A stretch of DNA of 64,000 bases from Phycisphaerae bacterium (GCA_963675745.2 CAXXWX010000027.1:32001-96000), one strand, 5' to 3'; counted from the first letter of the stretch, positions 18,993-29,587 are shown. Numbers and translations: made by a program. Notes: generated from the sequence alone by a model not told the origin.

Positions 18993-20609
18993 GTGAGCGG
19001 GAGTGTGCCACGAACGCCGATGTGGGCTCAACTCGGCGCCATTGCTCTCGTGGTTGTCCCGCTGATCGCCCTGTCACAGATCCGCGCGCATTGGGAAACA
19101 AACGCCGGCAGCGACCAGAAGATGTTCGCCTACTACGGGTGGCGGATCGCGCAGGGGGCGACGGTCTACGTCGACGTCTGGGACAATAAGCCGCCGGGGA
19201 TCTACTGGCTTAATGCGCTCGGCTTCTGGATCAGTCGCGGGCACTACGCGGGAGTCGTGGCCGTCTGCGTCGCGGCGCTGATAGCAACACACCTGGCACT
19301 GTATGCGTGCGGCCGCATGCTCTACTCATCAGGGGCGGCGACACTTACCACGATGTTGGCCGCCTGTTACCTGCTACACCCGTTCTATGAAGGCGGCACC
19401 GATCGCACCGAGACGTTTCTGGTCGCATTCGAACTGTGCGCGATGGTGGCTTACCTTGTCGGCGTGCGGCGGAATCGGGCATGGCTTTGGCTGGCGGCGG
19501 GCCTGCTCTGTGGGGGGGGCCTGCTCTGCAAACAGGTTGGATTGGCCGCGCTGGCGGGGATGGGACTGCACACCATCGCGCTCGGCCTCTCCGGCAAGCT
19601 CGGGCGCCAGGCGACAGTCTGGCGCGCGGCTCTGTTGGTTCTGGGCACGTTGAGCACGCTCGCCGTAGCGGGCGTTGTCCTGGCCGCTCAGGGCGCACTG
19701 CAAGAAGCCTGGGGCGCCGTCGTGCTGTTTAATCGCGCGTATTTCGCCACCGGCGCCAGTCGGTTATCCGGCACATACACCAACAGCTTCATGATCTGCG
19801 GCTATGTAACCGAGATAATGCTGCTGCCTGCATTGTTGGCTTTCATAGCGCTGGCGCGGCCACTGCTGCATCGGTGCTCGCGACGTCTGGCACCACGAAC
19901 GGGAAGCCAGGCTCACATCGATGGCGAGTCCGCGCAGGGCGAGTGAGCCGATCCCCTATGCCCGCCTGCTGCTTGTTATGTGGTTCGCCGTCGCTATCTA
20001 CGGTGCCGTTGTCAGCCCCGGCTTCGTTCAATACTACGTGCCAACGGCGATTCCGCCGCTGATGCTGCTGGCCGGATTCACACTGGCGGCGTTGAAGGGC
20101 GAAGGCGGCCTGCTGCGAAGTCTGCGCGAACGCGCCTCGACGGCGTGGTGCTGGTTGTGATCGGCGTCGCCACTCTGCCGGCGCTTGATGAGGCGGTGCG
20201 AGCGACTCAAACGGTCTGGCGGGAAAGGCAGCCGCAGTGGACCACGGGAAACATCCTGCCCGCGCTGCGCCCGAGCGCTATGGAGCGGCTCGGAGCGCTG
20301 GTTGCCGACCTGACTGACCCAGCCGAGAGCGTGCAAGGCTTTGGCTATCTCCCGGGCGTGTACTTACAGGCGCGTCGGCCCAACGCGGCCAGGTTTATCA
20401 CAACCGAGAAGCTGGGGCAGGTCGGCGCACATGCCGACTGGATTCGCGGCGAGCTGTGGCAGACGCTGCGCGATGAACCGCCCGCACTGCTGTTCGTACC
20501 GGGCGGCGATGTGCGCTTCCTGAACGATGAAGCCGCGCCGCGCTGGCTCGAAGAACACTACGAGCTTTCGTCCCGGCATGAGGGGACGTGGATATTCCTG
20601 CAGCGCTGA
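18993..20609 (+). pseudogene. Second GT-C glycosyltransferase paralog with two frameshifts (pseudogene or sequencing error)
   Basis: Homology to the upstream paralog runs through ORFs 18993-19946, 19921-20160 (LWF.A.YGA..SP...PPL) and 19980-20609 (GY.PGVYL...RF.TTEK.GQV). Confidence 0.75.
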
Positions 20610-20835
20610 GCCATGCTGCCGCATCCGCAACGACGACCTTTCGCGATATCCAGCCTGACTATCGGAAACTTCGTTCGCGGCGCGGCCGCGCAGAGGCACT
20701 ATGCAGTACAGAGTGCGGGGACAAGCACATAGAAGATCTTGCGCAGTATCTCGAGCCGCTTGAGTCAGCGCTGGGGTTACGATCCGCGCGGGCGACAGGG
20801 AGGCTGATGCGCGAGTTTCCACACGTGCGATCTAG

Positions 20836-22182
20836 CCCGACAGTTGAAGAGCGCCTTCGTCTAACTGGTTTTGACCAAACAAGTTCGTAGCACGGAGGCC
20901 GGCGATGTTTGAACAGACTGAAGCTCAGTTGTTCTTCTCGTTTTTCGCCTGGCCTCTGATTGTCCATCACGCCGGACAAAACGCCGCTGTTGCCGATTCG
21001 GCAGTTGGACCAGCGGCTGCGTTTTACCGCGCGGCTGGTCGCCGGCCTGAGCGATGACCGTCACGAACGCAGAGGCTTGCTGCGTGCAGCGTACGGGGTG
21101 CGGGGACATGAGCACATGATCAGCGACGCCTGATCCGTCAAGATTGTTCAGCATCTGCCCGAAGACGATCCGCTCGCCAGCCAGCCCACGCTATCGCTCG
21201 AGAACGCCGTCACGATCGACAGTGGCAAACGCTCGACTTCCTGGTCGCGACCGGGATGAGCGGCTGCGGGAGAAGAACGAGGGTTCGCCTCACGCTCGAT
21301 CTCGACGCCACCGACGATCCGGCGCACGGGCAGCAGCAATTGGCGTTGTTCTACTACGAGATTCCCGCGTGATCAGCGAGCCGACAGCACGTGTTCTACG
21401 CCGCCCTGCGGCCGGGCAGTGTGCACGCCGCTCACGGTGCCGACGATGACCTGGAATTCGTGGTCGAGCCTGCACGCCGCCCGCGGCGACCTTGCGATTC
21501 ACGTTCGCGGCGACAGCGGCTTCGGCGTGCCATCGATGTACAAAATCACGAGAAAAACCGACTGATGTACAGCATCGGCGCCAACAAACGGCTAGGCCCT
21601 GGCCCAGAGACCGAGCCGTGCGCCGAATACGAAGCACCGGCGAGAAGCAAGACCAGGCCGGCTCGTGCGTGGCCACGCGCCGTGATCGCCAAGGCCGATC
21701 GGCCGGCACGAACCTGCGTTTCGTGGTCACCAATCTACAGGTGACTCCGACGCCGACGCGCAGCGTGTTTACGACGACTACATCCAGCGTGGTCAGCGAA
21801 CAACGCTTTCGATGAGGTCACCGATGAACGGTCTGCACGCCGACCGGCTGAGTGTTCGCTTCGTGGCCAACTTCTGGCGTCTGCTGCTGCACACGGCGGC
21901 GTTCAACCTGTTGAACTAGTTGCGTGATGACAAGCACACGTTGCGTACCGCCCAGCCGGGTGGCGGAGTCGCGTGATCAAACAGTCATCCAGGGCTCCCT
22001 GTCGTGGCCTGGATGACACTGTGTCGACTCTTCACACCGTCGCCGTCCGCAGTGGTGCCATCCCCGCAGGCCCGTAACCCCGCCGACAACGTGTTTGCTC
22101 GTGGGGGTAAGGGGGAATTCGTCCTGCATCCGAGAACATCAGCCCCTTGGCGAACGTGCACCCTACCCGTGAATAATCCGGG
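20836..22182 (+). mobile_element. Decayed IS1380-family insertion sequence
   Basis: Transposase fragments in shifting frames (LLPIRQLDQRL, LASQPTLS, TLDLDATDDPAHGQQQ, LRPGSVHA, RGDSGF, GTNLRFVVTNL, ADRLS, ANFWRLLL); ends CCCG.../...AATAATCCGGG flanked by direct repeats CTAG (20832-20835, 22183-22186). Confidence 0.85.
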
Positions 22183-22270
22183 CTAGCGCAGAATCGTGAA
22201 GACCCTAAAGGCGACCACGGCGTGCGTGGCCGCATGATTGCGGAACTTGCCTTTCGATGGGAGATCACCG

Positions 22271-23932
22271 ATGAAATCCGCGCGCATATCCAGTGTGTTC
22301 ACCACAATCCTAGTGCTCGTGTTGATTGCCGGGTGTCCGCAGCCAGGGCCCGTTCCGGACGAGACTGTCGATGGCGGCAGCACAGGGCAACCCTCGGGGA
22401 CTACCGACCAGCAAGATCCCAATTCCCAAAGGCCGGCGACGCAAACGCCGGACAAATACACGCTGTCCATATCGACGCAGGGCAGTGGGCAAGTGCAGCG
22501 TAGCGCCGATGGGCCCTATGCCGCGGGCACCTCCGTTACGCTGACCGCCCAGGCCGGTAACGGCTACCGCTTCGATCACTGGGAGGGAGATTTGTCGGGG
22601 GCAAACGCGACCGAGACGATTACGATGACGCGGGACCGCAATGTCACCGTTGTGTTCGTCCAGGACCAGACTCAGCTTCAGCAATACGCGCTGACCGTCC
22701 AGACGACCGGCAGCGGCTCGGTCAATCCCGCCGGCGGAACGTTTAGCGAAGGAGAGACGGTCAACCTCACCGCTACGCCGCAAGCCGGCTGGCAATTCGA
22801 TCACTGGGAGGGCGCTGCCTCTGGTAACGCGGCCAGTGCGACCATCACCATGACCGCCGACACCACGGTGACCGCTGTCTTCGTCGAAGTCCCGCCTGAC
22901 CAACATGCGCTGACAGTCCTGACGACGGGGAACGGCTCAGTCAGTCCCGCCGGCGGAGCCTATGACGACGGCGAGACGGTCAGCCTGACGGCCACGCCTG
23001 ACGCGGGTTGGCGCTTCGACCGCTGGGAAGGCGGTGCCTCGGGCACGTCCGCCAGCGCTACCATCACCATAACCGCCGACACGACGGTAACCGCCGTGTT
23101 TATCCAGCAGTTCAGCCTGACGATTAACATCGTCGGCGATGGCACGGTCACGCCGGAGAGCGGCACGTACGACGCCGACACGATCGTCGACCTGACCGCC
23201 ACCGCGGCCAACGGCTGGACTTTCGAAGGCTGGTCAGGCGACCTGGTCAGCGCAACCGCCGCTTCCACTATCACGATGGATGCCGACAAGACCGTGACGG
23301 CGACGTTCGGCGGTGTGGCCGGCTTCCGCACGCTCACGGTGGGCAACGCGACCGGCAGCATGACGCTCGTCTACCGTGGTGCAAACCTGGTCGGCGTGAT
23401 GCGTAACTCGGCCACCGGACTCGGGCTCGACCTGGATGGGCAGATGGTCGGCAACAAGCTGACCGTGAACGTACGCTGGCTCAATAGCACTGACGCCCCG
23501 GGAACGATCGATGCCAGCATGGCCGCGGGCGGGGCGCTTACCGGTACCTACAGCGCCCCCGGATTCACCCCGGAAGGGTTCAACGCACCGGCCGCGACCG
23601 CGACGGACTTCAGCAACGAGATCATGGGCTATTGGCGCATCATGATCGACAACGACGAGGGACGCATGGCGCTGGCCCAGAGTTCCTCCGGGGCCGTGCG
23701 CGGCACCGCCTCGCTTCCGGTTGCTGTGTACGACGATTGGGGCTTCTACCTCGGCACGCTGATGGTAGGCCTCGATGTCACCGGTACGATTCAGGGTACG
23801 CGGCTGTCGCTGACGATGGCGGCCGGCACGTACAACTTCAATGTCATCACCGACCTGGCCGAGAAGGACCGCTGGACCGGACAGATCAACGGTGGCGGCT
23901 TCACGAACAAGCCCTTCACGGCTGAGCGTTAG
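22271..23932 (+). CDS. Lipoprotein with four tandem InlB-B-repeat-like (Flg_new) domains
   Basis: Lipobox LIAG-C; Pro/Thr/Gln linker; four ~72-aa repeats LT..TG.GSV.P.GG.Y..G.TV.LTA.P..GW.F..WEG...A..TITM..D.TVTAVF; beta-rich C-terminal domain. Confidence 0.85.
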   Translation: MKSARISSVFTTILVLVLIAGCPQPGPVPDETVDGGSTGQPSGTTDQQDPNSQRPATQTPDKYTLSISTQGSGQVQRSADGPYAAGTSVTLTAQAGNGYRFDHWEGDLSGANATETITMTRDRNVTVVFVQDQTQLQQYALTVQTTGSGSVNPAGGTFSEGETVNLTATPQAGWQFDHWEGAASGNAASATITMTADTTVTAVFVEVPPDQHALTVLTTGNGSVSPAGGAYDDGETVSLTATPDAGWRFDRWEGGASGTSASATITITADTTVTAVFIQQFSLTINIVGDGTVTPESGTYDADTIVDLTATAANGWTFEGWSGDLVSATAASTITMDADKTVTATFGGVAGFRTLTVGNATGSMTLVYRGANLVGVMRNSATGLGLDLDGQMVGNKLTVNVRWLNSTDAPGTIDASMAAGGALTGTYSAPGFTPEGFNAPAATATDFSNEIMGYWRIMIDNDEGRMALAQSSSGAVRGTASLPVAVYDDWGFYLGTLMVGLDVTGTIQGTRLSLTMAAGTYNFNVITDLAEKDRWTGQINGGGFTNKPFTAER

Positions 23933-23987
23933 CCGAGGAAGCTGATTATGCCCGGAAACTGATCGAGCATTGGTCCGGAAGGAGACC

Positions 23988-26372
23988 TTAACAGCGGCCG
24001 CCCGCGTGGCGGCCGCTTTCTTTTGCTACGGAGAATCGCGGACGTCGTCGGGCTCGGGAGACCGACGCTACATTGTCTTGATTTCGTGTGTCTGCCCCGG
24101 GCCGAGCTTCAGCCGCTGGCCGGCGATGCAGCGCATCGAGCGGCGCCTCGCCCGCGTGTTCGATCGTGACCTGGCCGTGCCGCACCGTGATCGTCAACGG
24201 CTGGCCGTCCCAGACAAACGGGAACTTGAGCGCCTGCCAGCGCCGCGGCAGGTGCGGGTCGATATACAGCACGTCGGATTGCATGCGCGATCGTAAACCC
24301 GCAAACCCGAACACGGCCACTTGCCAGTTCGCACCGGCACATGCGGCGTGAATCCCCTCGGCCGCCTCACCGGCCCTAAGGTCCAGCCCGACCGACTCAT
24401 CCCACCACCGCAGGGCCTCTTCGTCGCGTCCGATCCAGGCGGCGATTATGGCGTGAGTCGACTTGCTCAGGCTGGAGTCATGCGACGTCAGCGGTGCGTA
24501 CTCGTCATAAGCCGCGCGCATCTGCGCAATGCTGTAGTCGTGCGGCGCAAGCGCCATCAACTGCAAGACGTCGGCCTGCTTGAGAATGCGACTGCGGTAC
24601 AGCCGCTCCTGGCTCACGCACGCCCCCGCCGGTCGTGATCGGTCGGGCCACCAGCGGTCCGCGTCGAACGGTTCGTAGTCGAAAAAGTCGTCGCATTGCA
24701 GCACCAGTTGGCGCTGCTTATCCATGGGAATACGCAGATGGGCGGCAATCTCGGCGAAACGTGCGAGCTCGGCGTCGCTCACGTTCAATCGGCTGCACAG
24801 CTCATCCGCGCGCGACTGATCACGCGCGCGCAGGTCGCGCCAGGCCTGGCACGTCTGGTTCAGCGACCAGGCGACCATGTGGTTCGTGTATGCGTTGTTG
24901 CGGCTGAACGGTGTGTACTCGTCCGGGCCCATCACCATGAGTATGCTGTAATCCCCGCTGCTTTCGTCCAACGTGACGCGCTCACACCAGTAACGAGCGC
25001 ACTCGGTGAATACCTCGGTTGCACTTGCGAGGAAGTGCGCGTCCTGCGGGTCGACAGTGTGCGCGTGCCACAAGCCATGTACCACGTCGGCGGTGACGTG
25101 TACCTCGTGATCGCAGTATTGCCAGTTGGGACAATTCTCGTCGCCCGCCGGCGAGCTTTCCCAGGCGAAACGGGCGCCGGGGTAACCATAGCGCCGGGCG
25201 TTACGCCGCGCTCCTGCAAGTGATTGCAGGCGAAAAGCCGCCAGGTTCTTCCCGACCGCGGGGCGCGTGTAAAGAAACAGCGGCAACATGAAGATCTCTG
25301 TATCCCAGAAATAGCGCCCGCAATAGGCCTCGCCGGCCGCAGCCTTGGCGTCAATAGCGACGCGCGGGTCGTCCTCGACGACGGCGCGCAACATGTGATA
25401 CAGCGAGACCCGCAAGGCGAGTTGGCTGACCGCATCACCTTCGATCGTAACATCCGTCTGCGCCCAGCGCCGCGCCCAGATTTCATCCGACTCGGCGGCC
25501 AGTTGATCATAGCCCCTGCCGACGGCGTCCCATACGAATCGGCGTGCAACCTCCAGCGGCGCGCCGCGCGTGTGCCGGCTGGATGTCAGCACCGCGAATT
25601 TGTCGATGATCACGGCTTCATTTGGCTCTATGTGTACGAAGGCACACAGCCCGGCCCAGCGTGCGCCGGTTTCCACCGCCGAGTGCACGTCATGGCTGCT
25701 GGTCAGGATTGCCGCCGCCGCCACATCGTCACCGCCGTTGGTACGCACGCGAACAGTGATCGGCTCTTGCTCGCCTGTGATGTCGATCGACTCGAAGTGG
25801 TCAAAGCCGTTTGTGCGCACGTCGGCATCGATGGACGCCACGACGCGTAACTCCGCCGCCGGGCCGGAGATGTGTTCGACCTGGCAACGCAGGGCCATCA
25901 GGTGGCGGCGTTTGGCGCTGATGAAGCGCTCGAAGCGCACCAGGAGCCGCGCGCCACGTCGAGTATCCCAGACAAACCGCCGCGACAGGCGTCCGGTGCG
26001 AAGATCGAGGCGGCGCTCATAGTCGCTGATGCGCGACGCTTCCATGTCCAACTGCTCGGTACCGGAGTAGAGCACCAGGCCGTGAATGGCGGGGAGATTG
26101 ATCATCTCATCGCGACACGTGGGATGTGGACCGCTGACGCCTGGAAGGTAAGTACCGACACGACTGGGGCAATCGGCGAATCGCTCGATCGTGACATTGC
26201 CCATGACCCGCAGGTAGGACAGGTTCTGTGGGGCCCCCGCCAGACCCTCCTCCAACGCCGCGCGTTGTTGCAACGGGCCGCTGCCGATAGCCAGCAGCCC
26301 TTCGATATGGCGATTGTGGCGAACGTCGAATTCAGTTTCGACCAGGGACCATGTGTCGAGGGGGGCGCTCAC
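23988..26372 (-). CDS. Glycoside hydrolase family 65 (kojibiose/maltose/trehalose phosphorylase-like); probable frameshift near the 3' end
   Basis: EGLLAIGSG N-terminus, RRLDLRTG, GRYFWDTEIF, GARFAWES, catalytic GPDEY, KQADV, HDSSLS, GIH; true end probably TAG at 24068-24070. Confidence 0.9.
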   Translation of the reverse strand: MSAPLDTWSLVETEFDVRHNRHIEGLLAIGSGPLQQRAALEEGLAGAPQNLSYLRVMGNVTIERFADCPSRVGTYLPGVSGPHPTCRDEMINLPAIHGLVLYSGTEQLDMEASRISDYERRLDLRTGRLSRRFVWDTRRGARLLVRFERFISAKRRHLMALRCQVEHISGPAAELRVVASIDADVRTNGFDHFESIDITGEQEPITVRVRTNGGDDVAAAAILTSSHDVHSAVETGARWAGLCAFVHIEPNEAVIIDKFAVLTSSRHTRGAPLEVARRFVWDAVGRGYDQLAAESDEIWARRWAQTDVTIEGDAVSQLALRVSLYHMLRAVVEDDPRVAIDAKAAAGEAYCGRYFWDTEIFMLPLFLYTRPAVGKNLAAFRLQSLAGARRNARRYGYPGARFAWESSPAGDENCPNWQYCDHEVHVTADVVHGLWHAHTVDPQDAHFLASATEVFTECARYWCERVTLDESSGDYSILMVMGPDEYTPFSRNNAYTNHMVAWSLNQTCQAWRDLRARDQSRADELCSRLNVSDAELARFAEIAAHLRIPMDKQRQLVLQCDDFFDYEPFDADRWWPDRSRPAGACVSQERLYRSRILKQADVLQLMALAPHDYSIAQMRAAYDEYAPLTSHDSSLSKSTHAIIAAWIGRDEEALRWWDESVGLDLRAGEAAEGIHAACAGANWQVAVFGFAGLRSRMQSDVLYIDPHLPRRWQALKFPFVWDGQPLTITVRHGQVTIEHAGEAPLDALHRRPAAEARPGADTRNQDNVASVSRARRRPRFSVAKESGRHAGGRC
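23993..24024 (+). terminator. Rho-independent terminator
   Basis: AGCGGCCGCC-CGCGT-GGCGGCCGCT followed by TTCTTTT, downstream of the lipoprotein stop. Confidence 0.8.
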
Positions 26373-26457
26373 GTTTGATGTCGCTCCTGGTGCGTTGGCT
26401 GCGCGCGGCAGGTGGCCGATGGGCCGGCGCTGCCGTTGCTCGCCGGTATTGTCTAGG

Positions 26458-27729
26458 CTACGAGATAACGGCCCACAGTCTACTCCACAACTCGCCGTAG
26501 AGCCGCACGCCGAAATGCCGGAAGTCGGCGAATACCAGGACGGTCAACAGTTGATAGTGAACGGTTAGGATCCAGCAACAGACCAGCCACGCGCGGCTTG
26601 ACGGACGCGTGTCCCAACCGCGACGCTTGCGATAGCCGTCCCAGCCGCGTTGGACCGTCAAGGCGGCGGCCTGCGTCACGGCCCAAGCCACGAACGACCA
26701 CGCCGCCCCGTGCCAGACGCCGCAATAGCCAAAGCAGGCCAGAAAGACGAGTGGAGCAAACGCGCGGTTGCCGCCAAGCGGAATGTAGATGTAGTCGCGC
26801 ACCCACAGCCCGACGCTGATGTTCCAGCGACGCCAGAATTCACGCACCGAGGTGGCCAGGGGCAGGCGTTGAAAATTCGTGTCGACGGGGATGCCCAGCC
26901 ACAGTGATGCGGTCAGCGCGATCTGGTTGTACGTCCAGAGAAAGAGGTAGACCATGATCGGCAGCAGGTAAGCGACGCACACGAGCTGGTTCGTGTCATA
27001 GGCATCGGGACGAGCGAAGTAGTCCTCACCCGGCGCGATTACTCGGGGGATGTTCTTCATGCAAACCGCCAGACCGATCAGGCCGAGCAGCCCCCAACCG
27101 GCCTGCTTCAGCACCGGCGTCGCCGGTATCGCAGCGCGCGGATTCCAGTCGGAGAGGCGCGTCAGGAAACTTGCGCGCAGCAAGAACGGGCTATTGCGCA
27201 AACCCGGCGGGTAAAAAAGCCAGCACAGTGTATCGCGCAATCGTAGCCGATCGGGCGGATTCGCGGCCCAATCAACCCCCCAGGCCAACAGACGCAGCAG
27301 GATATACGACAGCCCGATCGGATGTAACGCGGCGAGTCGCGACGGCCCCCAGCCGTACCACGACCAGGTTGCGACCCACCAGAGCGGCAACATCAACAGG
27401 TGCAGCCCGATCCATGTCAGCGCGATCATCTGCCGCCGGCCGAGTTGCTGCCGTCGGCGCAGGTGGCCCAGGATAACGACCCACGCGCTGCCCGCCAGCG
27501 CCGCCCCAATGAACACGGCACAGCCCGCCGGCCCAAGTGTGGCGATCAGCCAGAGTAGTGAGAAGCCCAGCAGCGCCCCGTGCGGCCAGCGCCGCGCGGC
27601 CAGACGCACCAGGGGGATCAGTGGCATGAACAGCAGCAGCCCGAACGGCCCCGCGATCAGCTCGTCCGGGCGGATCGCCTCGTAGGCGGTCACCGGGTTG
27701 AACGGGACTTCGGGCAGCAGGTCGATCAA
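26458..27729 (-). CDS. MBOAT family O-acyltransferase (AlgI/DltB/PatA-like)
   Basis: Multi-TM; PIGLSY; NFQRLPLATSVREFWRRWNISVGLWVRDYIYIPLGG; catalytic GVWHGA. Confidence 0.9.
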   Translation of the reverse strand: MIDLLPEVPFNPVTAYEAIRPDELIAGPFGLLLFMPLIPLVRLAARRWPHGALLGFSLLWLIATLGPAGCAVFIGAALAGSAWVVILGHLRRRQQLGRRQMIALTWIGLHLLMLPLWWVATWSWYGWGPSRLAALHPIGLSYILLRLLAWGVDWAANPPDRLRLRDTLCWLFYPPGLRNSPFLLRASFLTRLSDWNPRAAIPATPVLKQAGWGLLGLIGLAVCMKNIPRVIAPGEDYFARPDAYDTNQLVCVAYLLPIMVYLFLWTYNQIALTASLWLGIPVDTNFQRLPLATSVREFWRRWNISVGLWVRDYIYIPLGGNRAFAPLVFLACFGYCGVWHGAAWSFVAWAVTQAAALTVQRGWDGYRKRRGWDTRPSSRAWLVCCWILTVHYQLLTVLVFADFRHFGVRLYGELWSRLWAVIS

Positions 27730-28913
27730 GGCTGAGTGATCACCGTCGAATGTTCGCGGGCCAGCACGCTGTAGAGAAACGCCACGTCATCATTGTGCAT
27801 CCGCACACAGCCGAGCGACACCGCCTTGCCGATCGATTCCGGCTCGATGGTGCCGTGGATCCCGTAACCTTGCTGGCCGTCGGCATCTCCCGACACGCCG
27901 ATCAGCTCGATCCAGCGCTTACCCAGTGGGTTCGTGGGGTCGCCGCCCGGGATGATGCGTTTCTGTTCCGCGGAAGCGGGTGGGTAAAATGTCGGATTGA
28001 CCAGCCGCTCACCGACTTTCCACTTTCCTTCGGGCGTACCGTGGTTCAAGCCCAGGCCCACGCGGTAGCTGCGAACGTAAGTGTCTTGCAGAAAGAGATC
28101 GAGACGGAAATCAGACTTGTCGATAACCGCATGGAACGGCCCGCGCGGGATCTTCAGCTTCTGGCCGGCGCGCAGGCGGCGCGCGTCTGTGATCCCGTTG
28201 ATGGTCATGATGATCTCGTGCGGGACTTTGAAGCGCCGGCCGATGCGCTCCAGCGCGTCGCCGGAGTGCACCTCGTAAATGTCGACCAGAGGGTCTCCGT
28301 CATGACGGTTTTTGGAGAAGATCGTATCGTCCGCGATCTTGGTGAGCAGGCCGCGCGTCTCCTGCCGCTCGACGGGCGAGAGATTGCGCCGCAGCAGCTC
28401 GTTGAGACGTTGCCGGGCTTGGACCAGGTGCCCCTGGTCATAGAGCCTGCGGGCCGCTGCGATGTCGTGGTTGCCGGATGACGCCGACCCTCCCCGGTCG
28501 CTCGCGGCATGGGTGTCGTCGGGCGCCGGCGGCGCAGCGGGTTCCGGGGTTGCTTCCGCCGAGTCATCGTCGGCCTGCTCGATTCGTCCATCCGAGGGAC
28601 GCAACACCTCATCCTCCGCCGCGTTGACCTCTATCGGCGAAGGTGAAGGAGTGTCCGTGTTCTCCTGTGGCGGAGGTGCCGCCGCGATCGGGTCTGGGAG
28701 CGCCTCCCCGTCGCCGGCCGGTGGATCGTCCGACGCCTCATGTGGCTGCGCTGCCAGGAAGCCGGGTGTCGGCCCGCCCGGATCGACCGCGCGGAACCAA
28801 CTCCAGTACATGGCCCACCCAGCCACGACCAATACGCTTGCCCCGAGCGTCAGGGCGACCGGCGTCATCCTGCGCCGCCGTGGTCTACTGACTCGATTGT
28901 AGATTCTCGTCAC
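27726..28913 (-). CDS. LysM-containing L,D-transpeptidase (YkuD family) with N-terminal membrane anchor
   Basis: GGAGG before GTG 28913; one TM; acidic Pro-rich linker; LysM (YEVHSGDAL...INGI...GQKLKIP); NPLGKRWI; YGIHGT...SLGCVRM. Confidence 0.9.
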   Translation of the reverse strand: MTRIYNRVSRPRRRRMTPVALTLGASVLVVAGWAMYWSWFRAVDPGGPTPGFLAAQPHEASDDPPAGDGEALPDPIAAAPPPQENTDTPSPSPIEVNAAEDEVLRPSDGRIEQADDDSAEATPEPAAPPAPDDTHAASDRGGSASSGNHDIAAARRLYDQGHLVQARQRLNELLRRNLSPVERQETRGLLTKIADDTIFSKNRHDGDPLVDIYEVHSGDALERIGRRFKVPHEIIMTINGITDARRLRAGQKLKIPRGPFHAVIDKSDFRLDLFLQDTYVRSYRVGLGLNHGTPEGKWKVGERLVNPTFYPPASAEQKRIIPGGDPTNPLGKRWIELIGVSGDADGQQGYGIHGTIEPESIGKAVSLGCVRMHNDDVAFLYSVLAREHSTVITQP

Positions 28914-29123
28914 GCTACCACCTCCCGCCGCTTCCTTGCGACGATAAGACGAATCGTACGTGAAGATACCCGACCGCGCGGCGAAGGGCCAGCGGCGGCG
29001 GCGGCGGGAGGCTTGGTACCGCGCCGTCTCAGCCCCGGAGGGACCTACGACTCGGGGGCCACCTGGGGTGTGCAACGCCTTCGGTCGGCGAATAACGCTT
29101 GAGTTAACGCGTCGCGCCCGCAA

Positions 29124-29296
29124 GTCGGCTTCAGCCGACCAGAGCATGCCACCAACTTCAGTTGGTGGATCAAAGACCACTCCGCCCCCCCTACACCCCC
29201 AGCCGGCTGATGCCCGGCCCTGGAAGTCCGCGAGGACAGCGGCCCCGGCGCCACCAGTTGAAACTGGTGGCAAGGACCGGTCGGCTGAAGCCGACC
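29124..29296. repeat. Nested inverted REP-like palindromes (REPIN/MITE-like)
   Basis: GTCGGCTTCAGCCGAC (29124), GCCACCAACTTCAGTTGGTGG (29148) ... GCCACCAGTTGAAACTGGTGGC (29250), GGTCGGCTGAAGCCGACC (29279). Confidence 0.75.
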
Positions 29297-29587
29297 AACA
29301 CCGGCTTCCTTCCACACACATGGCACCGCCCGGATGTGGAACGCACTCCCAACCGCTCGGCGTGAGCGTGTCCCGTCGGAAGCATTGCGCCCCCGGCCAT
29401 GCATATCGAGGTCGCTGACACCAGGCGCCCGGCCGGTTAGGATGTGCCTTGTCAGATTCTGCGTTCACACACGAAGGCAAGGACGTGCCCATATACAACA
29501 CCGTTCTCCGGTCAAGACGCGGGCACGCACCGGCGGGCACACCGTCGGCGCTGTCGCAGAGTGCGCGACCCACCGCTGGGGACCGCC

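Noticed and set aside
28914..29573. 220-aa N-terminal extension of the L,D-transpeptidase ORF
   Set aside because: Runs through REP-like palindromes; a good RBS plus GTG lies at 28913
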